Shown one piece after another: positions 12,891 through 25,439 of a DNA stretch of 64,000 nt. The DNA is from the human T2T-CHM13v2.0 reference genome, Homo sapiens: NCBI RefSeq assembly GCF_009914755.1, contig NC_060938.1. The stretch is one strand, 5' to 3'. The notes under the pieces were generated by a model, which ran no database searches, was not told the origin of the DNA, and saw nothing but the letters and a program-made list of their open reading frames with translations. Every line of letters begins with the position of its first letter. Position 1 is the stretch's first letter. The position numbers were made by a program, and so were the translations under genes.

Positions 12891-13798
12891 CCACCACCTT
12901 CTGGGCTGAATGTCTCACCTAGGGGGACATCATTCATCACTGGAAGTGCTGGAACTCCCATCCAGATCTCCTGCTTCCAAATCCTATCTTCTTCTCCCTA
13001 CTTCATGGACTTCCCACAATCAACCTGGTTGTATTATGTAATGTGTCTTTTGGGGAGAAGGGTCCTATTTTGAAGAAATGTCAGAAATAATGCCAATATC
13101 GCATTTCACAAGTTCCGAGGCAATAATGAAATCTTAGGGAGGGTTACAATCTTCAGTCCAGGAAGAAAAAAAGAAAAGATGAGTATAAAGGACTATTGAT
13201 GTTTTTCTCTCTGTTCATCCCAGTGAGTATCCTAGATTTGTATGATATATTTAAAACATCATATTTAACTTCTCATGCAAGTACAGTGCATTTGTGTTTC
13301 ATGTAAATATTTGTGGATTTTGACTTGCCTGTGTTACTAGTGGTGCTCTTGACGTGTGGACTTAGGAGCCTGGAAAGATCAGGATGCCCAAGACTGTTGC
13401 AGAACCCTAAAATGATCATCACTCCCCACCTCTACTATGTCAGCTCTTTTCTTCCCATTCCTTACCTAGACCAGAAAGAACACCTCTTTTCTCTCTGCAC
13501 ACACACATACATAAAAACTGAGGAAGATATTCAGGTGAGGAATCATCACTGTCTTATCCAGTGATCCTCAGTGTTGGTCCCCTTGTCTGTTTCATCTGCA
13601 CTGGAAGCTCCATGTTTAACTCCCCCACGTCGAGCACAGTGCTTGGCACACGGTAGGATCTCAGCCTACATCTGCCGGACCGATCCTTGGAACAGCCGGC
13701 CTCACACATCTCTGATGTGTGGTCAGGACCACCCGTTTCCTTCTCACTGAGCAGATCCTTTTCCCCAGCCATGCCTAATTTAATTTCTGCATGCAAGG

Positions 13799-14180
13799 TG
13801 TGATGGTGAGTTTCAAGTGTCAACACGGCTAAGCCAGCTACTTAACCAAACATGAATCTAGGTGTTGCTGGGGAGGTATTTCGTAGATGTGGTTAACATG
13901 TAGATTCAGTGACTTTAATGAAAAGGGATTATTCTGGAATAATGTGGGTGGTCTTTATCCATTCAGTTGGACGGCCTTCCAAGGCAGAACTGAAGTTGCC
14001 AGAAGAGGCAGAAATTCTGCTTCAACTGCAGCATCCACTTCTGAATCTCCAGCCTGTTGGCCTGCCCTGTGGATTCTGGACATGCTAGCCCCCACAATCC
14101 TGTAAGTCAACTCCTTAAAATAGTCTCTTAACATACATATTCTATTAGTTCTGTCTCTCTTCAGAACTCAGATTGATACA
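13799..14180 (+). mobile_element. MLT2 (MLT2D-like) ERVL solo LTR
   Basis: TGTGATGG...GATACA termini, 'ataatgtgggtgg', 'ctattagttctgtctctct'. 5-bp TSD caagg/ctagg. Confidence 0.85.
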
Positions 14181-15966
14181 CTAGGGCACAACAGCCGTTA
14201 CACCGTTCCTTTAAGCCTTCTCTTCTCCCTTCAACCCAGCTGGTTTGCTTTCTGGATGTTGTGCTTGGGCTTCCTGTCCCACCAAGCAAATAAAAAACAC
14301 TTTTTTTTTTTTGTTTCTGCCCCTCTCTCTGTGACAGCCAGTCATGGAGAGCTCCATGTTGAGACTAAACTCTTCCACTTTCATCCTGGGGAAATTCTCT
14401 AGGGAGAAACCCCCTGAATCAGCATGTGCCATGAGATTTGGTCTTCTGAGAATCTGGTCACTGCTTTGAACATTGAAAAAAAGATGTCTTAGAGTAACCA
14501 GGCCATTCTCACACCTGCCCTCGGTGGCGTCAATATATTTCTCGTTAATTTACAAGCGGGAATGTGCACATGGCCTTGAGCTTGGATACATTTGATGAAG
14601 AATACGACAGCCTGAGCCTTGGGTTTGTTTGTTTTCCATCTCCTGGAAACTTGAAAGAAGGAAGTGTTATATACACACGGATAGGTATTTCACCTCCGAA
14701 GAATCCCAGGCGTGGAGTTTGAAGAGTCACATCTCATTCAACATTCTTTCCCCAAGTTCAGTGATCAGACAAATAGACATATGGAAGTTGCTAAAGTTAG
14801 GTACCGCAGATAGGGGAAAGATGTTCACATGGCACCGCGTTCTTCAGCCCTCTCTCAGCACAGAATACCATCCTGTTAAAAACGGTCTATTTTTATGGAA
14901 CTCTTTTGCTTATATTGAGATATAAAATTATTAGTCTGAGGTTGGCTCACATCATCAGAGCTTCAGATTCTTGGCAGAGTTGTCTGCAGTCTGTTCCAGT
15001 CACTCATTGCCAGGGACAGAGCCCGCACAGGAGCAAAAATAGGTCTTCCTGCTGAAACCTGCTGAGCTACCAGGAAAGCGATGTGCGAGAAGAATTTAAT
15101 ATCCTGGCCTTAAGAAAGTTTCTGTGTTCTCCTCAGACAGACTTGCCCTTGGTAGGTGACTGATAATATGAAATTATAGAGTTTCAGCGAGGATCGGGAA
15201 GTAGCAAAAGGAGACTTGGCAACCAGTGGCCCTGTTATAGGAGAGTTTTTGCATATAAATTACATATGCATATGACATTTTAGCTCCAACTTTACATGTG
15301 TTTTGGAGGCTGGATGCAGTCCTGTCCCTGCCTGTCTGTTTGCTTTTCCCATTGCAGCATCAATATTAATCCTGCTGTTTTTAGTTCGCTTTGAAGAAAA
15401 GCGTGGGTTTTCTTTTCTTTATTTGAAACCGCAAGAGGGACACTGTAGTTTTTAGTGCTGTATCAATGTCCTGTATTATTATTGTTATTATTATCATCTT
15501 TTGGAGAACCTTGCATCTTTTATGCAGAAAAGCATCCCATCTCTCATTTTGTCTAAACATTTCCAAGGAGCACCCTGCTCCCATGACCTCCCTTTGAGCA
15601 TGCTTCAGAGCAGTGAAGCTTTGGGTAAATGTCCTTCAAGATGTGGTCCTATAATCGATTGTTATTTTCTTCTTAAAAATTACAGAGCCTTCCTATGAGG
15701 GAAAGATGTGACATGAGAACAAACTGTTTGGAAGCATCCGGGAGCTGTGGCAGGTGATTTGGAAGTAACCCGGATAGTCCTCAGTAGGAGAGCCTGCAGC
15801 CCTCACAGGGTCATGGCGTCCAAGAGCTAAAAGGACCTTGGGAGCGTGTGTTAGAACCCTTCACTTCACTGGTGGAGGAGGGAGGGCTCTGAATGGAAAC
15901 TGGCTTGCTGGAGGCTGAACTGGGACTAGAACTCAAGTCATCGAAATTCTTCTCTAAGATTCCTTT

Positions 15967-16293
15967 TGCAGGCCGCACTGGGGGTCTGTGGGCCAAATCT
16001 GACCTGCTACCTGCTTTTGCATGGCCTCAAGCTAAGAATGGCTCTTTTACATTTTTAGATGGTTGAAAAAAAAATCAAAAGGCCTATGAAAATTATATGG
16101 GATTCAAATTTCAGTGTCCATAAAAAATGTTGTATGGGTGCACAGCCACGGCCATTTGTTTATTGTTATCATCTGTTATTGTTATCATTGTTATGTTATT
16201 ATTTTGTGCCACAACGGCAGATTTGATCAGTTGTGAGCATGAATGTATGGCCTGTGAAGTTGAAAACACTATAGAAAAATGTGCTGACCCCTG
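15967..16293. mobile_element. MER58B-like hAT-Charlie element
   Basis: 'gggccaaatctgacctgctacctgctttt', 'attcaaatttcagtgtccataaa', terminal 'tgctgacccctg'. Confidence 0.8.
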
Positions 16294-16559
16294 CTCTACC
16301 ACACTCCAACTCTTCATCCTCCAGATGGGCTGACACGGTTATCACTTTCTTCTTATTCAGTCAAATCTACCCATTCATTGCTAGGTCTGGTTTTTGCCAT
16401 TTATATTCAGGATTTCTTTAGAACCAAGTTCAGGCTAAATGTTTTATTGGGGAGTTCAGTACAAATTGGTGCACGGGAGGGAGGTCTTTGATTTGACTTT
16501 TGTGATCCCAATATCTAGTTCTACTAATGATATTTAAAATGGTATTAATAGTTGTATAT

Positions 16560-16750
16560 CAGCCAGAACTAGAGGAGGGATCTGTCTAATTCTCCACTCT
16601 GTAGCTTGGTTCACACCTGGGATTCATGGTGGTCACTACACTTATTAAATGGGATATTGACAAAACATGTGTAGGCTAGTGTGAGCAAGTGATAAAGAGA
16701 ACTCAAAACTTTTTCCTTGAAATACAACTAATGTAGTTTGTTTCAGAAGA
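16560..16750 (+). mobile_element. Possible L3/CR1 fragment
   Basis: 'cactacactt...gggatattgacaaa' resembles the CR1 3' region; very diverged. Confidence 0.35.
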
Positions 16751-16817
16751 GGTACAAGCATCTCTTGTCAGATCCAAGAAAAGGCTGGCACATTTCATCC
16801 AAAGTTGAGTTCATTCC

Positions 16818-16883
16818 CCATCCAGTTAGGTCAAGTTAGAACGAGGGTTGCCATCCAGTTAGGTCAAGTTAAAATGAGGGTCA
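16818..16883. repeat. 33-bp tandem duplication (2 copies, 29/33 identical)
   Basis: ccatccagttaggtcaagttagaacgagggttg followed by ccatccagttaggtcaagttaaaatgagggtca. Confidence 0.95.
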
Positions 16884-17554
16884 CCGGCCTGGGTCCTAGG
16901 GTAAACGTTTAATTCTGACATCAGAGTTTCTGTTTGAAGGAAGTAGCATATGAAAATTTTCTTTTTTAAAAAATTCAGTTAAATAAATGTATTAATTTAG
17001 TATGGAGTTTTGGATGGTTTAGCAAGATATACCACAAATACCAATTAAGATACACAATATTTAAAGCAATGTCCAAGAACAATTTTCCAAAACATAAGCC
17101 CTTAGCTCTTCAAAGTAGAGGTTTTTTTTTCTCCACTCTGTAATGTCTTACATGGGGATAATGTAAAGAAAAAAGGAGACTCCTTGGTTTTGCTGTGGGG
17201 TGAAACAGAGCTAGGAGCTGGCCAGGCAGACATGTTCTCTGTGATTTGCATGTTATCAGGAAGCCTCTGGCTTGCTGAAATTCTTCATTAGAAACTCCAA
17301 CTCCAATTTGATACATTTCAGACGTCACAATTTTCACTAATAAAGAGATTGAAGAAATGTTCTCTGAGTAGATCACTCATTCACATAACAAATATTTGCT
17401 AAAAGCCTGCTAGCTAGGGTGAAAGCTAGGCATGGGTGAAAACTACACTTCTTTACATCTTTTCAGGACTTAGGTATCTTTTATGTTGGCTGACTTTTAT
17501 GTGGAGCATCAACCCTGTGTGAGGTGCTATGGAAGGTGGGGATAGTGGGAAAAG

Positions 17555-17800
17555 CAATGTAGGATAATGGCTAAGAACACAGACTCCAGAGCCGACTGTG
17601 TGGGTCTCAGCTGCACCTTCACTAAATCTTTCTGGGACCTTGGGAATGTTCCATAAACTCCCTGGGACTCAGTTTATTCACCTCTAAAATGGGGATAATG
17701 GGACCCCAACAGAAGACTAAGAATTAAATGAGTCAATGTGTGTGAAGCTCAGAGAGAGAGCACATGAGAGTGTAATTTAAGTGTCTGTTGCTGTTATTTT
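17555..17800 (+). mobile_element. MIR
   Basis: 'ggctaagaacacagactccagagcc...ctcagtttattcacctctaaaatggggataat...aattaaatgag'. Confidence 0.8.
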
Positions 17801-18987
17801 GCTGAAGCAATTGAAGATACTGTGCTACCCCTTTTATTTTATATTTGTATGGCACACTACATGACCTTCACAAGTGTCCTTCGATCCTCATAAAAACTGT
17901 GTGATCTGTAGCAAGTAGGTAAGTGTTATTATCCTCATTTTAGAGTTGAAGTGGTGAAATAAATATTGGGTAAATGGCTTGCCCAAGGCTGCACAGAACC
18001 CAAGACCTTGATCCCCACTACAACCCCCTTCCCACCCAGCCTACACCTTTTGGAACAGAGGCCATGTGACCATATGACAAGCCAGTTCAGCCTGGGCAGG
18101 TATTGGCTGTGAGTCAAGGGAACTGGATTCACACTTGTCATTGCAGAATGGAGTTGTGGACCAACACATTCCCTTCAGCTTTATGAAGCAGTTTGCTCTG
18201 AAATATGAGGTTTTCCACTTTGTCAGTCAACAAACTGGGAGCTAGGGTGTCTGCTTGGCAGAACCATTTCTAGAATAATTCTTCTGTTTAACTGGGGATC
18301 TTTGAGCAAAGCAAGAGAAACCAACAGAAACAGCAGAATCGTTGTTGCCATGCTCATCACTTTGTACCTCTATGTAGCGCACTCAGCAACATCTCTCCTG
18401 TGAAAATTATTTTGGATGTAACAAGCCTACAACCCAGGGTTCTGCTAGAGAGACGTGAGAAGATTCAAGAGGTCCACTGGAAGTCAGTAAGAATAGCTGA
18501 GGAGTCTCCAGTCAAAGAAAAGTAAAGCAAAAAAGGGAATGTAAAACAAGATGGGATTCACAAATGAAAGGGGGTCTGGATAACCTTACACCTCAAAGAC
18601 GGGAGAGGGCTCCTGCAGCTCCCTTCCTCCTGTGTCTTGGAGGCCATGGTTGGAAAGCAGGTTAGAAGAGGGACATCTGGAGCTGACCAAGGAGTCTCAG
18701 GATACTGGGGAGGGAAGAGCTGAGGGAACAGAGCTGACTTGGATGAAGAGGAAGTCAATGACGACTCACTCATTCCTGAGCCAAGAGGCAATGTCTTCTA
18801 AGACTTAGAAGGTGCAGTGAAATTCTGAAAATCCCAGGGGGCAGAAAACAAATCAGGTGCTTCAATATCTCTCACAGCATTAAGAAATGCCACAGGCGAG
18901 TGGGTTTTCAGACCTACAGTGTCCAGAATTTAGTATTTGATGGAGATTTCCAGACTACTTACTGTTGGATCCTTTAGCCTAACCATG

Positions 18988-19481
18988 TGTGCTGGTTAAT
19001 TTTATGTTACCAACATGGCTGGGCCATGGTATCCAGTTGTTTGGTCAAACACCACTTTAGATGTTATTGTGATGGCGTTTTTTAAAGATGAGATTAACAT
19101 TTCAATCAGTAGACTCTACAAAGCCGATTACCCTCTATAATGTGGGTGGACCTTGTCTATTCAGACAAAGGCCTTAAGAGCAAAACCTGAGGTCTTCCAA
19201 AAAATAAGCAATTCTGTCTCAAGACTGTACCCTAGAAATTTCACCCAAGTTTCCTATCCTCTGTCCTGCTCTGCAGATTTCAGACTTAAGGCAGCAACAC
19301 GAACTCTTACCTGAATACCCACCCTGTAGATTTTAGCCCTGCCAGCCTCCATAATCGTGTGAGCTAATTCCTTAAAATAAATCTCCTTCTCTCTCTATTG
19401 ATATGTCTGTATATCTATATCTGTGTCTGCATCTATCGCTATCTCTCTATCTATATCTCTATTTATATCTATATCTATATC
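18988..19481 (+). mobile_element. MLT2 (MLT2C/D-like) LTR with internal (TC/TA)n tract; 3' terminus not found
   Basis: 'tgtgctggttaattttatg', 'gagattaacatttcaatcagtagact', 'ccataatcgtgtgagctaattccttaaaataaatctc'. Confidence 0.85.
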
Positions 19482-19831
19482 TGTCTTAGTCTGCTTGGAC
19501 TGTCATAACAAAACACCATAGATTGGGTGGCTTAAACAACAGAAATTTATCTTCTCATATTTCTGGAGGCTGAAAATCTGAGATCAGGTTGCCAGCACAA
19601 TTGGGTTCTGATGAGGCCTCTCTTCCTGGTTTACAGACAGCCGCCTTCTTGCTGTGTCCTTGCATGGTGGAGAGATAGAGACCAAGCTCTTTGTTGTCTC
19701 TTCTTATAAAGGCATTAATGCTATTGTGGGGCCCCACCCTTATGACATCAGCTAACTCTAACAACCTTGCAAAGGCCCACCCTAGAGCTTCAATATATAA
19801 ATTTTGGGGGTCACACAATTCAGTCCATAGC
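19482..19831 (-). mobile_element. MLT1A0-like MaLR LTR
   Basis: 'tgtcttagtctgcttggactgtcataacaaaacaccatagattgggtggcttaaacaacagaaattta' through 'cacaattcagtccatagc'. Confidence 0.88.
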
Positions 19832-20156
19832 TATATACACACACAGACACACAGACACACAAGCAAACACACATACACAGACAACATCCATACACACACA
19901 TACACATACAGACACACAAGCACACACACACACACAGACAACATCCATGCACACACATATACACACATATGCACACAGACATACACACAAAGACACACAA
20001 GCACACACATACACACACAGACAACATCCCTATACACAGACATACACATACACACACATAGATACACATACACACACATAGATACACACACAAACATAAA
20101 TACACACAGACACATATACACACAAGCACACATACACACACACACACACACACAAG

Positions 20157-20193
<37 letters not shown>
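19832..20193. repeat. Degenerate (CA)n tract of about 360 bp with a higher-order unit
   Basis: Read directly; 'cagacaacatcc' recurs at 19878, 19935 and 20018. Confidence 0.95.
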
Positions 20194-20194
<1 letters not shown>

Positions 20195-20452
20195 GGGAAA
20201 GGGAGAGAAAACTTGCCACCCTGCAAAGTCCGTGAAACTCATTTCCCTGAAGGGGATCCCCAAAAGTTTGCCTGGTAATGGGGTTTCCCTGGAACAAAAA
20301 CAGCTCAGCACTGGGGGTGGGAGTTGGGGTCCTTGAGCTCAGACATCCTTAGGGTGACTCCATTATGTCTTCTCATTTCTAAAGTGCCAGCCACCATCAG
20401 ACAGAACAACAGCTTTTCTAGAACAGAGAAACATTCCTACGTTAAATATTTA

Positions 20453-20533
20453 CATCAATTGTAAGATGCATCTGAATTTCAAAAATCTTAAAATAGGAAG
20501 CAATGTGTATTTTTGAAATGGAAAATTATAGTA
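20453..20533. mobile_element. MER104-like (TcMar-Tc2) half element
   Basis: 'catcaattgtaagatgcatctgaatttcaaaaatcttaaaat...aatgtgtat' resembles one MER104 arm. Confidence 0.5.
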
Positions 20534-21509
20534 GTTAGCAATAGTTCAATCTTAATGTATTTTATTGAGTGTCAGGCTCCATGTGGAGCAGGGCTAAGTG
20601 TAACTGTTCTAAGCCTTAGCCTCCTCCCCTGTGAACTGGGGACAACAGTGGAATGAGGGGTAAATGCTCAGTGTTTAGTGTGGGGCCTGGCCTGCAGGAA
20701 CCATTCGACATGGGCTTCTTTATTATGGTTCTTAGCACGAGACTGCCACCAAGCCAGGTAGATGCATCGCGGAGAGGCAAAATCCCTGAGCCCAAGGACA
20801 GGTCGGTAGGGACAAACTTGGAAACCCAATTAATTCTAAGTGCTGAGCAAAAGTTAGAATCCAGTGAGCGCACAGGTGAGGCAGGTGACAGTCATCCCGG
20901 AGGCCCAGGAGAGGCTTTTCTGAGGAGAACCCAGGACTTAGTCAGAAAGGGACAAGAAGGAATTGGGCAGGTGACAAGGTGGGGGAAGAGCTTTTCTGGT
21001 ACAATCAAATGTGGGACTTGGGCAAACGAGAGGAGCTGTGTGGGTGGAGAGTGGGGGACACAGGGGAAGGCAGAGCCCCATGGCAGATGGTCTGGGTGCT
21101 AGACTAGAGAGCAAGAGTGCTTCCATGGGGCCCTGAACTGGGACTGAGCACGTGGAACAGAAACCAGTGCCCGGTTCAGGGCCCAGAGCTTACTGCAGGC
21201 TGAACAAACCTAGTGTGGGCCTAGTGTGGGGCCGGGAGGCAAGGGCCTCTCCAGCATAGGGCACACCACCCTCACCCAAGCCAACCTGAAGTTTCCACCA
21301 CGAGTCTGTAACTCAGCTCTGAGGGCTGTGAAGAGGCAGGGCCACCTGCTGCCTATCCCCATGGCTTTGCCCACAAAGATGGGTGTGTCCAGGACCAGCC
21401 ACACAGCAAGGGAAGGCCAGCTAACGTGTGGAATGCCTGTCATTTTCCAGGCTCTGTGTTGAATGAGTTCAGTTTCTACTCAAGTGGGATGGTCTTCCCT
21501 TCACTTGTT

Positions 21510-21950
21510 CCTTCATTCATCAACAAATGGTGGTATTTATGTAATGCTTGCTTTGTACCAGGTGCCCGATCCAAGAGGAAAGTAGTCAATAGAAAATGAG
21601 ACAGACAAGGGCCTTGTTCCATGGGGCTTATATTCCAGTGAAGAAGACAGACAGTGATTTCCAAAGTAAGTATCATAAAGAAAATAAAGCCCAGGGATAG
21701 GAGAGCAATTGCTGGTTGCTGGTACAACCTCCAGTAGGTTGGTCAGGGAAGACCACTGTGAGATGCGAGCTGAGCTGAGAACTGAATGAGAAGCGGCCAG
21801 CTATGCAGAGACCTACAGGGAGAGCATTCCAGAAAAAGAGAAGAGCAAATGCAAAGGCTTGCAGGTTGGCATGAGCTTGCAGTGCCAGAAGGACAGAAGA
21901 GAGCCAGGAGACAGTGGTAAACACGGAGCTCTCAGAGGTGATCCGATCAC
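21510..21950 (-). mobile_element. L2a-like 3' fragment
   Basis: 'ttcattcatcaacaaat', 'ggtcagggaagacc', 'gagcattccagaaaaagagaagagcaaatgcaaaggc'. Confidence 0.8.
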
Positions 21951-24528
21951 ACACGACCTTTTAGCTGGCAAGAGATTAGAATGTTCTTCGACTTGCAGGG
22001 GAATGATGATAGTCATGTTGACAGCTGCGCCCATGCCAGGCAGAATTCCAGCTACTTTATAAAGGCTCTGTCTTATCCCGACACCAACCCTGCAAGTAGA
22101 TGCCATTATCCTCGTTTTGTTGACAAGGATACTAAAGTGCAGGGAGGGAAATTACCTTGTCAGGGTGAATCAGAACTAATCAGTGGTGGGACCAGGGTAA
22201 AAATGTCATTCAGCACTCTCTGTACCCCAAGTTTTATCAAAATGTTCTGAATAGCTATAAAGAGGAACTGGGCCCAGGGCCACCATTTTAGTGCTTGGTG
22301 AGAATGTGTCGATCCTCAGGACTTAGAGAGTTGGACCTCCCATCGATCTTGAGCTTACTTGTGGTTTGGGACCCTGGCCAGGAGCAAATTTGCACCATGT
22401 AATGCTGGCCACTGGAGACTAGGAGACCACGAGATTGCCCTTCACGTCTGACGTGGAACAAGGACCAAGCAGCTATCTTTTCTTCTCTTGAGTTGAATTT
22501 GAACTTGCAACGGGAGGGTGTAGGGTTAAGGAGAGAAAATGGGGAGGAGGTGGCTGTAAGGTGAGCAGAGGGGGAGAAAGAGCAGGAAAGAAAGAGAAAG
22601 GAACAGAGCCCAAGAGTCAGGCTGCCATCAGCCTTCGAAACCCCTTTGCTTCTCTGATTGATACTTTTCAATTATTCCTTCCCATTTCACTGACATTTGA
22701 AATGCTATTTTTTTTTCCTAGCGATAACTTCAAATGCTTAAGTTCCCACAGCCCTGGTAGCCCTGTTTAGCTGTAGTGGTAAATTGCTTCCTTGTACAAC
22801 ATAATGGCATTGACAGCCTTTTGCTAGGGAAATGAGTTCTCCAGTGGGACATGCCGATGATAAGACGTCCGGTTTTGAAATTGTATTTCTCTGTATCAGA
22901 ATTAAATCTGGACTTTATATTTCTGGGCTGCCATGCTCAGGAGCTGGCCCCTATACAGTACACCCCAAGACTGACAAGCAATGCTTACACAGGGACTCTT
23001 TCACTTAAATTGGATCTGTGCTTTTATGGTCTCTCCTATTATTAGCTATTAAAATCTCTCAAACTGCAAGCCCCTCAACACCCCTTCTTTCTTCTCCTTC
23101 TTCATCATCGTTTTTTTTCTTTCTTTTTAAATAGTGATAGGGTTTTCCAAACCTGAAACTCAAGACAACTGCAGAGTGGGGGAGAAGAGAATTTCTCATC
23201 TTTGCGGCAATAATTCCCGTCCGGAAGCTGAAAGGTGCAAAATTAACGCAAACTTAGTAAAATGCAGTATTGATTTTCTGTGATTCATAGGGGGATCTGC
23301 TTTTCATTACAAAGGGGGGCCGAGGCTGAGCATATAATACTGGGAGGCTGAAAAGCTTTTGTGCAAATGACTCTTCGTAGATGGAAAGGGAGGGGTCCTC
23401 TTCAGACACTGTCTGTAAATCCAACTCTCTCTTTCGATTTCTCTTGCCTTGTCACTTGCCTGTTGATCCCCGTTTCCCCCCAGAGCAGGAATAGTTTAAA
23501 ACCAAAGCTAAGTGCCCCCCTGCACCCCCAGCCCCTAGCTTTTTCCTCTGCAGCCGTTCTTGATGGCATTCCGTTGTGTTCACTTGGTTAATGCTCTTAT
23601 TAACATACCATAACCTGGCTGAATAAAGGAAGTGGCCTGCAGGGTATCAGCACATGTAATTTCATTTTAACCCGAGCATTAATTTATTTCTTAAAATAAT
23701 AAAAAAGCACAAGATAATCAGCTGTGTCCGGGTAAGGATTTTTCTCTGTGCTTGTATTCTATTAAGATCCAAGGGCTTTCTCTTGATCCCTTGATCCCTT
23801 GTTTCAAAGTTATTCAGGTTCCTCGCCGCCTCTTCTTCCTGGAAGATTTCATTATTGGCATTTGAATGAGGGGGATCCTGAGAAATCTAAATATCCTCCT
23901 TGAATTTAGTTTAATATTGCCAAGGTACTATCACGGGATAGCGTGGAGATTCTCCTGGAATCCTGGAAATGACTGTCAAGGTTAAGGAGCTGGAACCACG
24001 GGTGCCGGTGCTCAGCCCTGACCTTGAACCAGCTCCCATGCAGGTGGCAGGGGGCAGTACAGGATTGGGGATGCCCCCTTTGCCCTGGTCCTTAGTGCCA
24101 GATGCCTGTGGAAGAGGGCTTCCCCCCACTTCAGATGTGTGTTCCCTTCCAAGGAATGTGGAGGAGAGGCTGCAGTTCGACCAGAATGTAACTCTATAGC
24201 TTGTGTTTCCTAAATGTCATTAATAATCAGCAACGTTGAATACAGAAGGGCAAGTTAAATCCTGTCATTGAAACAGCAAACAGCTTTAGTCAAATGTATT
24301 GGCAAAGGATTAAAAATGCATCAAGCATGTATTTGTCTTCTCTATGGGAAGCTCTTATTAATAGTCTGAAGAGTGGAAAGCTTTGCCCTTATACAATCAG
24401 CACTGTAGTCGTTTCTTTAAAAATATGTTTTAATGTGTGAAATTGCAGGATGCCAACGTTACCATTAAAACCCCTCTCCAGTTCCAATAATTTCTCCACT
24501 TACATTTCTTCACCCTTTCCCCCTCCTC

Positions 24529-24552
24529 TTTTTTTTTTTTTTTTTTTTTTTT
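24529..24552. repeat. T24 homopolymer with no attached retroelement body
   Basis: Read directly. Confidence 0.9.
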
Positions 24553-25439
24553 AATTCTACTTCTTCCAAAGCATATTTCAAAGTGGTCAGAGCAGGCTTG
24601 CAGGGCTACCAGGAAGGCAAATGCACAGCCTGCCTTTTGTCCACCAGCTGTAGCCACGGAGCAGGGTGGTCCCACTGCATGTCGTAGGCACTGTTCACGG
24701 ATCAAGGAAACTTTCCTTCAGAGGAATTTAGACTCGATGTGACGTTTGTGGCATAAAGAGCGAGATCTAGTCTCAACTCTGTTTTGCCATTACTTAGGCA
24801 CCTACTGCATACCAGGAAGTCTATATGTGACAATTCAATTTACTTCTCACAACCCTGGTGTTGATGTAGTTGGAGAGAAAAGGCAGCATGTTCAAGGTCA
24901 AGAGCTAGTGTGGGTTGGTCAGAACCTAACTCAGGTCAACCAGATGTGTCCATTGCTTCCCTTCCCTCCCTGCCTCCCTTCCTGTTTTGGCTCTGTCTAG
25001 TCATTCAAAAGATTTTCTGAGCACCTGCTCTGCTCCAGGGTCCAAGGTGAGTGAAAAGTGGCCTCCGCCTTTAGAGACTCAACTCTTTTTTCATGGACCC
25101 CCATGGAAACACAACCCCAGGAGCCCTATGGCCATTGATCTTCACCTTCTATCTGTACAAAAGAGGAAGGAGGCCTTGAGTCATCCCCACAGTTTTTTCT
25201 AGAAATGCATTCTCCAAGGCTATGAGCTCTGGAAAAGTGGGAAGTGTGTGGAAAAATCCCCTCTCTCTCTTGTCTTTACTGAATCTCTACCAATTCCCAG
25301 GGCAATGGGTAACAGCCACAACACTTTAGCAATCCTCCTCTTGGCTCCTTCTGCCTTGTGTTTTAGATTCAATGCTCATGTGCCATATTGTCAACACGCC
25401 TGCTCATGGACTATTACTGTCACACGCACACATACACTC

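Noticed and set aside
14545-14800. Possible internal exon(s) ending at TAG|GTATTT or TAG|GTACCG
   Set aside because: Weak donors, no clear acceptor and no recognisable coding signal.
16818-16883. 33-bp direct repeats as a CRISPR-like array
   Set aside because: Only two abutting copies, no spacers, no cas genes, and the DNA is primate genomic.
19691-20311. His/Thr-rich and Cys/Val-rich ORFs up to 195 aa
   Set aside because: Translation of the degenerate (CA)n tract.
24529-24552. T24 as a solitary retrotransposed tail
   Set aside because: No TSD or element body visible; simple homopolymer expansion is sufficient.
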